Assembly (NCBI RefSeq): GCF_006345805.1
Contig: NC_043006.1
Location: 57,784,001-57,848,000, forward strand
Length of the DNA: 64,000 nt
DNA from: Octopus sinensis
Lineage: Eukaryota
Direction of reading: 5' to 3'
Shown piece by piece: positions 37,496 to 50,136 of this stretch. Position 1 is the stretch's first letter, and the number at the start of each line of letters is the position of its first letter. Position numbers and translations under genes: made by a program. The notes below the pieces were generated by a model that worked only from the letters and a program-made list of their open reading frames with translations, ran no database searches and had not been told where the DNA came from.

Positions 37496-38284
37496 ATTTA
37501 AACTTATTTAGGAACTTATGGAGTGCCATATAAGAAAGAAAGTAAAGATCGGAAACCAAAGAAACTAGCCATTGATTGAAGTCGATTCTTTTGCCAGTCA
37601 ACTTGACCTTTTAGCTACATTAGGCTGAAACTGCTAAAAAGATGAGCCAAGGAGGAAGCCTTTATGTTATCACTTGACTTGAGAGAAATAGGAGCCAAAT
37701 CTCCTCCGCCCTCCCATCTTAAAAGCAAAAAGAACTCATTAAATATGTAATCCCAGAGACATTATAACAAAAGATAGTAGACAGAAATGTCTTGCTGGAA
37801 TACTTTTGAGCATAAGTTTATTGGATCAAGGCTGAACAATCAACAACAGCTGTTAAAAAGTACAAATCTTGTGTATAAATTTCTACAACCTCTGGCTATC
37901 ACAAAGTACTATTGTCAATTGATATTCCTATGAACAAAGTCCTTGACATCAAAGCCACAAATTTGAAACACATGTCCAATTGTCAAATTATTTTACAATA
38001 AACCAATCTGAATTAAAATACCCAAAAGCAAAAAAGAAAAAAGATTTTTTTATGAGATTTCTAAATATAATTTACAAGCAAAAATAAAATAATTACTTAT
38101 TTGTGAATTGAGTATTTATGAGTTTCTCCACACTCATTATAGATCTTTAATACTGGCACAAAGCCATACATTTTGTGAGGAGAACAGATCATTATACTGA
38201 CTCCAGTACCTGATCACACATAGTACAAAGCAACATAGTCTATAAATGTGTAGAGGAGATGCAAAATAGTAGCAGTTATTATGT

Positions 38285-38670
38285 AGGCGCAGGAGTGGCT
38301 GTGTGGTAAGTAGCTTACTTACCAACCACATGGTTCTGGGTTCAGTCCCACTGCATGGCATCTTGGGCTAGTGTTTTCTTCTATAGCCTTAGGCTGACCA
38401 AAGCCTTGTGAATGGATTTGGTAGGTGGAAACTGAAAGAAGCCCATCATATACATGTATATATATATGTGTGTGTGTGTGTTTGTTCTCCAACATCGCTT
38501 GACAACCAATGCTGGTGTGTTTACATCCCCGTAACTTAGCAGTTTGACAAAAGACACCAATAGAATAAGTACTAGGCTTACAAAGAATAAGTCCTGGGGT
38601 TGATTTGCTCGACTAAAGGCAGTGCTCCAGCATGGCCGAAGTCAAATGACTGAAACAAGTATAAGAGTAA
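38285..38670 (+). mobile_element. Full-length tRNA/CORE-type SINE
   Basis: aggcgcaggagtggctgtgtggtaag head, B-box, internal TA/TG tract, 3' cagtcaaatgactgaaacaagt-type end. Confidence 0.9.
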
Positions 38671-39029
38671 CAGCTACAATGAACTCCACATCTCTATGCA
38701 TGGGCATTGTTTCTTCAACTCAAGATTTCGCTAGTGGAGTATACCTATAATCTATCTGATAGTAAATTTGACTATAGTTTAAAATGGTCAGGGGTAAGGT
38801 GTATCTGGCCCTAAAGGGGAGGGCAAGGTGTCCCTGCAAGCTGTGCACAAAAGAGTGGTTGAAAATTTTTTTAACAAGAAGTATTTACTTAATAAACAAA
38901 ATGTGTTAGGAATTTTTTTTTACAGACATTCCACCATTACGGGGTTGGAAATACACTAGTCTTGTGCTTCTGTTCAGCTTGACAAAGTACAACTGGCCAC
39001 TATATTCTCCTATAATTATTCATAATCTT

Positions 39030-39445
39030 CATCATCATTTAACGTCTGTTATCCATGCTGGCATGGGTTGGATGCTTTGGCAGGAGCTGGTCATTTGAAG
39101 AGCTGCCTGGACTCCATTTGTCTATTTGGCATGGTTTCTATGGCTTGATGCCCTTCTTAATGCCTATTACTTTACAGATTGAGAGGGGTTCTTTTACATG
39201 GCACTGGCATGGATGCATTTACATGGCACCAGCATGTGGGTTTTTTACATGACATTCACATGGGCACTTTTATATGACACTAACACAGGTACTTTTATGT
39301 GGCACCAACATGGATGCTTTTTACAAGGCACAGGCACAGGCAGGTCTTCAAATGACCAGCTCCTGCCGAAGCATCCAACCCATGGCGTCAACACAAGCAC
39401 TTTTACGAAGTATCAACATGGGTGCTTTTGCATGGCACCAGCACC
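39030..39445 (-). mobile_element. RTE 3'-tail-related repeat with degenerate tandem subunits
   Basis: catcatcatttaacgtc...ccatgctggcatgggttgga matches the reverse of the 12050-12212 tail; repeated tttt(t)acatggcac units. Confidence 0.7.
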
Positions 39446-40317
39446 CAACCAAATGATAAAACAATATCCTCTATCTGAATACCATCTAACCATACTTGTA
39501 TCAAACACTTCTTAGTGGAATACCGGATAACACCACTAACATTATTGAACACAAAGACACCTCACAATGGATTATATAATGCACCAACCAGCTTGGATAA
39601 CCACTATCCAAAGGTGTGCAACACATGAAGCAATGATAGTGGACATGTGCAATACTACACCTATGTGAACACATTGTTGTAGCCATATGGCAATGGCTTG
39701 AGTACATCTGAAAACATGTAGTGTTTTATAGATTATGTAATGTGCTTGGGTGATTTATTATTATACATGTGGCAATAGGACTACATGCACATTGTAGTCC
39801 TACAGCTATGGATCTGTGTTCATATTTTTGGTAGTAAGAGGAGTTTGTTGGTCACTACATGACATGATGGCCTGTATATGTATACAGATGTGTGATTGTG
39901 TACACATGTACATTTACACATATGTTCTGCTAGGCATGTGGGTGTACATGTATATGCACACTCACATGCCTAGTGCATGTGTCTGTGAGTAAGTGTGTGT
40001 GACTATGTTTGTGTACATCAATGAATATATGTACATGAGTTAGTTGGGGAAAACAGACAACCTACTATTGTCTTGTCTTTGTTTTAAAACTGTTTATAAA
40101 CATGCCAACTGAGGCCAATATCTGCCAAAAAGGAAATACTTCAACCCTGATACCATAAGAATATCAAATGTAACTATTATCTCTGTTCTACATTTTGATA
40201 GATGCAACCAACTCTTATTGATACTATATTTGTAGTTGCTTTTGTTCTCATTCTCATTCTCAAAACTACCTTGCCATGGGGCCATTTTATACTCTTCTCT
40301 CTTTTTTACTGTATATA

Positions 40318-40348
<31 letters not shown>

Positions 40349-41143
40349 AAGGGGTTTGTATGATTGTGTATAGAGGGATATATATTATTCAAAAGAATTT
40401 CAACTCTGTTTTTTATGCTTTATTTATATTCTTTATAATATTAATGTAGAATATAGAATATATAGTATAAATAGTATATATAGTAAAATGAAATGAAGTA
40501 TTGATTGTCTTATTGAATAGATGAAATATTGAATATAAAATATTAAGGGACTAGTTTTTGTTTTTTTTTTGCATTTTTGATTTTTCTGATATCTAAGGGA
40601 TGGCTATTGACGTGTGTGAGTCTGTTCTCAAATGTAATTCCAGGGAACTGAAGCGGTAAATTTACCTTATCTTGACCGTATCATTTTGCCCCAGCCAAAT
40701 TTGTCTTTTATATGCTCAAAGAGGACACAGATAATTTTCTGAAATAGTGACCAGCAATAATTAAAATGCTTTTAAATCATTTAGGGAAGGTGATTTGCTT
40801 AGCTGATATAGTTTATGTAAGGTAGTGAATATTTTCAAAAATATATTTAGTCTCAAAGTCAAGAACGCAGTAAAAACACCCCATTCCACCTCCCATCCAT
40901 ATATATATATATATATATATATATTCGCCTTTAGTATTTCCAGAAACTAATTTTAAAGCAAACATTTCTGCTCGAAACAACCCACGTACAAAACATAACC
41001 AACTGTGCCGCAGTGATGTGTCTGCATAGAAACTGTCATTTAATTAACCAAGCGAACATTCAAGATGTAGCATGTTACATCAATAATCTTTTATAATTGG
41101 AAACCCACCGCATGCACACATCAACATCTTTCGTTTTCATAAA

Positions 41144-41548
41144 AGCGTAGGAGTTGCTGTGTGGTAAGTAGCTTATTTACCAAACACATGGTTCCGGGTT
41201 GAGTCCCACTGCATAGCACCTTGGGCAAGTGTCTTCTACTATAGCCTTGGGTCGACCAAAGCCTCGTGAGTGGATTTGGTAGACAGAAACTGAAAGAAGC
41301 CCGTCGTATATATGTATATATGTGTGTGTGTATATGTTTGTGTGTCTGTGTTTGTCCCCCCAACATCACTTGACAACCGATGCTGGTGTGTTTACGTCCC
41401 TGTAACTTAGCAGTTCAGCGAAAGAGACTGATAGAATAAGTACTAGGCTTACAAAGAATAAGTCCTGGGGTCGATTTGCTCAACTAAAGGCAGTGCTCCA
41501 GCATGGCCACAGTCACATGACCGAAACAAGTGTAAGAGTAAAGAGTAA
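41144..41548 (+). mobile_element. Full-length tRNA/CORE-type SINE
   Basis: Near-consensus copy: accttgggcaagtgtcttctactatagcc, gaagcccgtcgtatata, (agagtaa)n tail. Confidence 0.92.
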
Positions 41549-41594
41549 AAAAAAAAAACAAGTTTTAATAGACCTACAGCCTTAAACTTTGAGC

Positions 41595-41634
<40 letters not shown>

Positions 41635-42053
41635 GTATCCTGATGTGAGTATGTGTAAGCATGTGTGAATCTACCAGAATGTGTGTGAAAGGAGGCATTG
41701 TTATAAAAGCCTTTTTATCTCCACCCCATTATTCCCCTCTCTCAAAATCCTGCTATTTCATTCTCTTTCACCCTCTATTTTGCTATACCAACTAACTGGC
41801 ACATAATTTGCATAATGGGGTACATTAGAGTATGCACATATCTTCACATTGTACTTTTTGCTGATAATGCCAAAGAAATGAGTCAACTTTAATACATAAC
41901 AGAGTCAATTGGCAAATGTAATAACAAGAATCAGCTCGTGGAATTATGTGTATATCATATAAAGCTTAAAAATACCAAATGCATTTTTTGTATTTATTAT
42001 TATCATTATGATGTGGCTCAGATTCTGTACACTAGCCTCTCTGGTGATATAAT

Positions 42054-42284
42054 TTATTTTTAACTACCCACAAGGGGCTAATAACAGAGAGGACAAACAA
42101 GGACAGACAAACGGATTAAGTTGATTACATCGACCTCAGTGCGTAACTGGTACTTAATTTATTGACTCCGAAAGGATGAAAGGCAAAGTCGACCTCGGTG
42201 GAATTTGAACTCAGAACATAGCGGCAGATGAAATACCGCTAAGCATTTTGCCCGGTGTGCTAACGTTTCTGCCAGCTCGCCGCC
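42054..42284 (-). mobile_element. Full-length tRNA/Meta-type SINE (3' part of chimeric retrocopy)
   Basis: Near-identical to the copy at 12589-12818. Confidence 0.92.
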
Positions 42285-42293
42285 TTAATCAAG

Positions 42294-42345
42294 TTCCCAT
42301 GCCGGGAATCGAACCCGGGCCGCCTGGGTGAAAGCCAGGAATCCT
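42294..42345 (-). pseudogene. 5'-truncated tRNA-Glu(TTC) copy
   Basis: AGGATTCCTGGCTTTCACCCAGGCGGCCCGGGTTCGATTCCCGGCATGGGAA: anticodon stem CCTGG/CCAGG with TTC, intact T-arm and 3' acceptor strand; about the first 20 nt are missing; no CCA. Confidence 0.92.
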
Positions 42346-42370
42346 TTGGTGATATAATGGTTAGCATTGA

Positions 42371-42601
42371 AGGCTGCGAGATGGCAGAAACTTTAGCATG
42401 CTGGGCGAAATGCGTAGCCGTATTTCGTCTGCCGTTACATTCTGAGTTCAAATTCTGCTGAGGTCGACTTTGCCTTTCATCCTTTCGGTGTAGATAAATT
42501 AAGTACCAGTTACGCACTGGGGTTAATGTAATCGACTTAATCCATTTGTCTGTCCTTGTTTGTCCCCTCTATGTTTAGCCCCTTGTGGGTAGTAAAGAAA
42601 T
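42371..42601 (+). mobile_element. Full-length tRNA/Meta-type SINE with TSD
   Basis: 16-bp TSD atataatg(g/a)ttagcat at 42352-42367 and 42602-42617. Confidence 0.92.
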
Positions 42602-44267
42602 ATATAATGATTAGCATCAAACCATATTAAGTACAAGAGTGTAGTATGGAACTGTCTACTGAACCCAAACTTTTGGTAATCTATCACACCTTCAAACACA
42701 CTTTTAAACTACACATACTCACTCACTCAGTCTCTTACGCACACACACGTGTGCGTGTGTGTGTTTGTTTTTCAGCAAGATGTATTGAACTGGCAAAGGA
42801 TGTAAAACTCAAAAAAAATATGGTGCCCTTTGAATGAAGACCTGGGCAAGAATGAATTTCTTTGAACCAAATTACAGACACTCAGTTGACACTCTAACCA
42901 TCAGAAATGCATTGAACCAGTGACTGACTCATTAAAAAAACCTGCAACTAATAATTTTATTGTTGTTCACAAACTGTGATATGAAATTATATAAAATTAG
43001 TGGATAGTCACATTTCTACCCAATACTTTGTTTTTGTATTTGTGTATGGTCTGTGTTTCACAATAGGCACATATTCAAGTAAAGCTATCATATTGAAAAC
43101 TCATGCCCTACACCTATAAACTGTCACCAGAATTACATCCTACTTAAAAATGGAAAATATATAAAACTATGGAATGGTTATTGCTGATATGCTTTTGTTC
43201 TGCTCTGTTAGGGTTAGCTGGGGCAAGAAAAATCTGAAGAAATAAACTATTACATTCATTCAAATACAGACACCATACAGCTTTATACATGCATTTAATG
43301 ACACCACTGCTCCAGGTTATGCATCATAACAAACACCGTTATATAGTGTTAATTTAAAAATTTTCTTCTATGAAATAAGCAGATGTTTTTGTCACTGTCA
43401 GACCAATACTCACCCTAAAGCAAATTCATGAGGAATCCTGTGAAACTAGTTTCTGTTCATGTTTGGTTAAATGTTACATTCTTCATTTATCATGTCTTTA
43501 CTCATGAAATAAATATTTAAGATGCTTTGCCAAAGAAGAAACTGCAGGAGTTACTTAAAAATGTCGCAAGCTTTTTGCGTTGTTGGGAACCCTTCTATAT
43601 CAGCAGATATCTCAGGGTAACAAGCAATTTAATCCTTAGCCTGGCTTATTTTCAGTGATTTTATTTTAGCCAATTATAAGATAACTTGTATTTAACTCTT
43701 TTCCTACAGTTACTTGTACATGGACAAGTGATCATGAAGCCAACAGTTCAAACTTAAGCACAAGGATCTCTTCAGTATGGCTCACAGATTTTTTAATTAT
43801 CTTTTTTTAACTAAACAGTTTGAAACTTCGTATACTGGTGTAGTTTTTCACATTGAGCACAGTTTACTTTCAACATTTTTGACAAAATTTCATATTTTAG
43901 AAGTTATATATATATATATATATATATGTATATTTGTGCTCGACAACCATTATTGGTGTATGTCCCCATAACTTAGCAGCCAGGCAACGGATACTAATAA
44001 AATAAATACCAGGCTTTAAAAATAAGTATTGGGGTTGATTCATTTGACTAAAAGTCTTCAAGGTGGTGCCCCAGCATGGCCATAGTCTAATGATTGAAAC
44101 AAGTAAAATACAAAAGATTATTTGGAAGTATTTCTAGTAAAACATTTTCATGAGTTTATTTCAAACCCACATAGCTAGAAGAAACGAGTTTCAGATATGT
44201 GGAGGAAAACAAGATATTTTCGGTTAATTATTGTAAAATAATAATTTACATGTTACCTGAACAATCT

Positions 44268-44590
44268 TTCATCATCATTGTTTAACACCCATCTTCCATG
44301 CATGCATGAGTAGGATGGATGACAGGAGCTGGCCAGGTAGTAAAACTACCTTATGCTACTGTGTCTGTTTCAACAGGATTTCTACAGTTAGCTACCCTTC
44401 CTAACACCAACCACTCTGCAGAGTGGACTCAGTGCTTTTTATGTGGCACCAGCACAGGCGAGGTTAATTTTGGCATGATTTTTACAGCTGAATGCCCTTC
44501 CAAATACCAAACACTTTACAGTGTGGACTAGATGCTTTTTTTTTAAGTGGCACCAGCACTGGCAGGGTCACCAAATAACTTGCAAGACAA
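44268..44590 (-). mobile_element. RTE-tail-related repeat with two partial subunits
   Basis: catcatcattgtttaac...ccttcctaacaccaaccactctgcagagtggac...tgctttttatgtggcacc, with the last block repeated. Confidence 0.65.
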
Positions 44591-45453
44591 AGAATTATGG
44601 GAGGGGCAGGGAAATTTGAGGAGGGGATCTTGTGTCAGAGAATGAAAGGTTAGAATGTGTCAAAGAGACAGAGAGGTAGAAACAGGTGTCTTGCTATGTA
44701 ATATGTAATAAAATTTGGTAGGACACCATAAATAGGTGTTCGTGCATAAAATACACAAATATCAATTTCTATTAATAGTTAATATTCACTTATTTCTCAG
44801 CCAGATTACATCAGTACAACCTACTATTCACAGTGTTAATAATAGCCTGCTGTGTGTACACATTTTCAGTAAACCATTTAAATCATAAAGCAAATGTGGC
44901 CTGCTATGATAATAATCACACCTTATCCCACTCAACACAATATCACATAAATGGAATTTAATATCCAAAAGATAAGTCAATATTTGTTGGTTTAGTTGAT
45001 TCTAAACGTATTCTTGAGCCTTAAAGCATATTACAGCAGCATGCTAGGAAACATTCTAAATGCATTCAATAATACAAAAAATATGAAACAAAAGGGTTTT
45101 GTTCTCATTTCCTGGCTGTAATATTAATTCAATGGTAAAAAAAGGAAAAAAGACAGAAAAAATAATTTTTCCTCATTTTTCAAGAAACAACAAGTCTGGA
45201 AAGCATATGAAAAGGGAGACCAAGGAAAAAGACCCAGCAAGCTGTATAGCAACACTTCCATTAAAGTGTTGTATGGCAATATACTTTTATAGAAGGAAAA
45301 CTATTTCTGTCAATCAAGTCGAAATACTATTGATAGAACATGTTGTTGAAAGAAATATGGTTGTTGCTATTGTCTTTAATGATGATGATGATGATGTTAG
45401 AGTCTTAAGATCAGCTGGAGAGAACAGCAAAATCAATAGTGCTCTACTCATTA

Positions 45454-45488
45454 CTACATTAACTGGTTCCACTTGAGTTTGGGTTTAG
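45454..45488 (-). CDS. Candidate alternative terminal exon xKPKLKWNQLM*
   Basis: Acceptor gtgttcttttcag|CT; phase 1; ends ATG TAG TAA TGA (three consecutive in-frame stops). Confidence 0.35.
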
Positions 45489-45625
45489 CTGAAAAGAACA
45501 CTTCTGGATCATAAATTACTACAGAATCACACATTCAATGCAAATATTATATATCCCCCCTACAGGTTTTGAATGTCAGTCTATATATTTTTATTTCAGT
45601 CCACTTATATATGTGTGTGTTTGTG

Positions 45626-45671
<46 letters not shown>

Positions 45672-45778
45672 GACAGATAGATATAATCACAAAAGTAAAG
45701 AATCATTAAAGATAGCTAAATGTACGTAAATATGTTGAAAACACATAAGTATATATATGAATAGATATAGGCAAGCAT

Positions 45779-45809
<31 letters not shown>

Positions 45810-45971
45810 TTTATATATTGAGAGAAACAGACAGATAGATACATACACACATTCATATATCATCATCATCATAAATATATAATAAATATATATTTAAAAA
45901 AATATACTTTCCATCACAAAAAGTAATATTCCACCCTACCTCTGTTACTATTTTGATGGCGAGCTTCCAAG

Positions 45972-46042
<71 letters not shown>

Positions 46043-46045
46043 GTA

Positions 46046-46102
<57 letters not shown>

Positions 46103-46133
46103 ATATGTATGTAAGTATGTGTGTATATATATA

Positions 46134-46190
<57 letters not shown>

Positions 46191-47049
46191 TACTCACACA
46201 ACAGAAACACACACACACACTAAAAAGCTTACTTTTGAACATACGATGCCCTCAAACACAATACACACAGTAAAATATATAAGAAAAATATAACAGACAG
46301 CAAGAAGTAAACTACAATGAATCCATAATGTATGCCAGAAAAAAAAATATATAAAAAAAATAAAAAATATAAAAATTACAACTCTCTCTCATCACCACAA
46401 AAAAAAGAACTAAAAAAAAAAGAAAAAGCACTGGTGAAACAATACAATTTTGCTGCCATTAAGGTGTTTAACCAATATTCAAATGGAGGAAATATATTCA
46501 GAACTTGAAAACATTCCATTTTCCTCGTCACAACTTCTACTTAAATAACGTTAAACAATCTCATATTTAATACTACGATGCTGTAATGTGGATAGAAATA
46601 TAAAAATATTTTCAAACAATATCAAAAATGAAATAATAAATAAATAAAACAGAAATATTTTAAATAAAGATAACCAAAAAAAAAAAAACACAAATCCAAA
46701 AAATCTTTAAAATGTCCTGAAGTAGAAGAACTAAAAAAAACCCCAAAATAACTATAATAATCTTTAATACTTTAAAAAAAAAAAAAGAGCAAGAACAAGT
46801 AAAATTTATAGAAAATGAATTTTCCTAAAGTTTATCTCAAGAATGTAAATTTTGCAATGAGGTAAACATGAAAATAGAGATGTATTTAAAGATTTTCTGA
46901 AACTAACCAGCTTGAAATAATAAATTGGTTGTTTTGCTGTTATTGAATTTTATTCTGTCTTTCATTTCGGCTTTATTTTTAATGAGCATTAAGGATAATT
47001 TTTGCAGATTTGCAGAGACAGAAGGGCAGAACATGAAATTAATTCTGGT

Positions 47050-47680
47050 GTAAATTAAGCTATCCACATAGTGATAACTTAATTTATGATTGCTTTATGT
47101 AACAACTGAATATTGTACGCCGTTGACTGGGAAAAGAAACCAGGTACGTCTTCTCTGAAGAGTAGTCAACAAGCCATGAAATGGCCCAGCAGAAGACTTA
47201 CCTTTATTCATTTTTCTGCACATCAAAGGCACAGACAGAATGTACTTATTTTCTAATTTTTCCCACAGCTAAGCTTTATATTTAAGTTTATTTTAGGCCT
47301 GATTCATGTTGTTTTGCGCATAAGCAATATAACAACAAAGTGTTGAAACTGCAAATATGTAAATTAAGCTATCCACTACAGTCATAGCCTAATTTATGAC
47401 TGCTTGAATATTCTACACTGTCAACTGCAAAAAGAAACCTGGTATGGCGTTCTCTGAAGAAACCATGAAATAGTCCAGCAGATAACTCCCCCCACTATTT
47501 TTGAAATGGTCCAATAGATGACTCCCCACAACTCTATTTTTGATTTTTTGTTTGTTTTTGGCACAGCAAAAGCATACAAGGAATATGTTTTTTGCACATG
47601 AAAAGCATACAATATGCTTATATTCTTATTACTTGGTTAAGCCTTGTAATATTTAAATTTATTTTATTCTACTGATTCAG
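47050..47680 (+). repeat. Old tandem duplication (~310-bp period)
   Basis: taaattaagctatccac...aatttatga...aaagaaacc.ggta...ttctctgaaga...ccatgaaat..cccagcaga occurs at ~47050 and ~47360. Confidence 0.8.
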
Positions 47681-49149
47681 CTTAATGCCTCCTACTAACA
47701 GACACCTGCAGTGGAATTTGAACTTGGAACATAACTCACTCCTCTGCCAAGTCTGCTAGCATGTCAGGCACTGAGCCAATGGGAGAACCACTACATGGTT
47801 AGTCAACCTACACAAAAACATCAAATCACCTTCAAGTCACATTCTACTGTCTTAAAAAAAAATAAAGAATGCATCAGTGAATGTAGTCAAAAATATACTT
47901 CTGAAAAGATGAGATGGTCATGGATAGAATGTCTTTGATTATAGGAATAACCTGGGATACAGTACCAACACTCACCAAATCAACAAGGGAGCCTTTACAT
48001 GGCCAGTTAACCTGCTAAGAAGCAGCCAAGTTTCCTTCCTATTACACCCTATCATCTTCAAAAAAATGGAAAGGATACATTGGACAATCATTGATGTACA
48101 AAAAGGCAGGACAGGCACTGCCGAATGGTTCTGACCTTATGTCTAGCAGATTAGGGTTGACATGGAGCTAAACAATTACAAGAACAACATGCAACATATA
48201 ACACCTCGGAATACTGATTTCTGAGGCAACCACAAAAAGGAAAGAGGGAGAATAATGAACTGAATCAATTCCAGTTCATAATTGCTACATATTTTATTAA
48301 CCTACACCAAAGGTAGTTTTTGAACCCAGAATAATGTTACAAAACTAAATATTCCAATAGCATAGCATAGCTAGAACTACACTATCTAATCCATACTCTT
48401 ACCTCATTTTCTTCTAAGAGGGCAAGGTATGATTTGAAGGAGAATTGGCCTTTATTTCTAGGATGTCAAGCCACCACATACAGGGTAGTGCAATAATTGT
48501 GTTATTCTTTACAGACATATGATAGGAAAGCAATATGGTTTTGTGAAGATCATGCCTTTCCTATGGACTTTAGCACTAGCAAATAAAAACCATGTTAACA
48601 TCATACTATGGGATTTTCTACAAATAAATAAATTAATACAAAAAGAATAAATGTTTTTAATTTAGGCACAGGGCCAGTTGTTTTAATGGGAGGAAGACAG
48701 TATTTTATTTTATCAAACCCAGAGGGATGAAAGGCATAGGTAAATTTGGCAGGATTTGAACTCAGAATGTAGTAAGTCAGAAGAAATATCACAAAAGATT
48801 TTTATTGACACTAATGAATCTGTTTATCTACCACCCTTAAATAGATGGAATAATGAAAAACAGTACCAACACATGATCTGATAGTTCAAGTTTTAAAACA
48901 ATCTTTGAAAATATACCTGGAGCATTCCAAAACCAAAATATAAATTGGTTGTTTCACTAGTGTCAGTGACATGAAAAAGCACCCTGTACACTCTGCTAAG
49001 TGGTTGGCATTAGGAAGAGCATTTAGTTATGAATCTATGCCAAAGAAGACATTGAGCATGGCACAGCCTTCTGACCTGTTAGAATCTGTCAAACCATTCA
49101 ACCCATGGAATATGGATGTTAAATGATGCCGAGGACAATGATTTATAGG

Positions 49150-49510
49150 TCAGATCAAGTTGGGTGTGGGGGCAAGTGCTATTGTAGCATGTTGCTGCAA
49201 TCATCATATGACAGTGTATTCTTGGCCCACTGAGTAGAGTTCCAGTCTGCCACCATCTCTGACAGACACCTCTTCATCTGGTGTGACCATGTGACATGTG
49301 GTCAACCAACATGAACCACCAGCCCAGCCCCATCCTCAGTGAAGGGAAGACAGAAAGAAGGATCTAACACAGAAAATTGAGCAAAATGAACAGTCTGAGC
49401 TGGCACTTGCAAAACTTACAATTGACAGGTCACATTCCAGTTTCTGAGTAGATATGAAATCTGACCAATGGTAACCGATAATCCTGCAAAGCATTCTGGT
49501 ACCAGAACTA
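49150..49510 (-). mobile_element. RTE LINE 3' remnant
   Basis: FSSGTRMLCRIIGYHWSDFISTQKL resembles the RTE RT C-terminus (F....LRRI.GY.W.DFVSN..L). Confidence 0.6.
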
Positions 49511-49936
49511 AAAAGAGAATAGTTTACTTCTATTTCAAGAATGGTTAATCCACATTGGTTTGTAAGGAGCATAGGGCCAGTTTCCCAGTTTCTCTGGTAT
49601 ATATACTCCTCCCTGAATTGGATGCTGAGTGGACTGGAATAACATGAAATGAAGTGTATTGCTCAAGAACACAATTCTTTACTCAGTTTAGGAACTGTTC
49701 ATTAGTGTAAATGATACAAGTTTATTAATACTGTACTGTGCAAGGTGTTGTGAGACAGGACCATCCAGTAAACTAGTCTGATGATCATAAGAATTTGGAG
49801 ATTTTGCTCATAAATGAGTGTGGATTATGAAGTGGTTCCAGACTCAGTGTTTGGAAGGTTGGTATTGTACCTGTATGCCGTTTGGAAAAGAAAACAATAC
49901 AAAAGAAAAAAGAAGAAAATGCTTGTTCAGTTCGTG

Positions 49937-50136
49937 TATGAGAGGTGCTTAAGTTCTCAGCTTTAAGGGTATTGCTTAAGGCCCAATCTTCCGAGTTCTT
50001 TTACAGGGCTTAGAAAAACTGAAGGACTGCAGCAATAAGTGTGTGAATCTGAGAGGGGAATATGTTCAATAAAATTATAATCAACTGATCCTCCTGTATT
50101 TTCTTTTACTCAAAGTCAGGAACTTTTCAGTCCCCC
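49937..50136 (+). mobile_element. Short internally deleted mariner
   Basis: Retains the transposase end FFLQGLEKLKDCSNKCVNLRGEYVQ* between TIR-like ends (aagttctcagcttt / aaagtcaggaacttttcag). Confidence 0.65.

Noticed and set aside
43414-43437. 24-nt minus-strand microexon (tttcacag|...|gtgagt; IPHEFALG)
   Set aside because: Phase 2-2, not directly compatible with the supported phase-1 exon; too short to tell from chance.
43522-43775. Possible + strand exon pair (ALPKKKLQELLKNVASFLRCWEPF..., acceptor tttcctacag)
   Set aside because: Weak first acceptor and donor; no other + strand exons support it.
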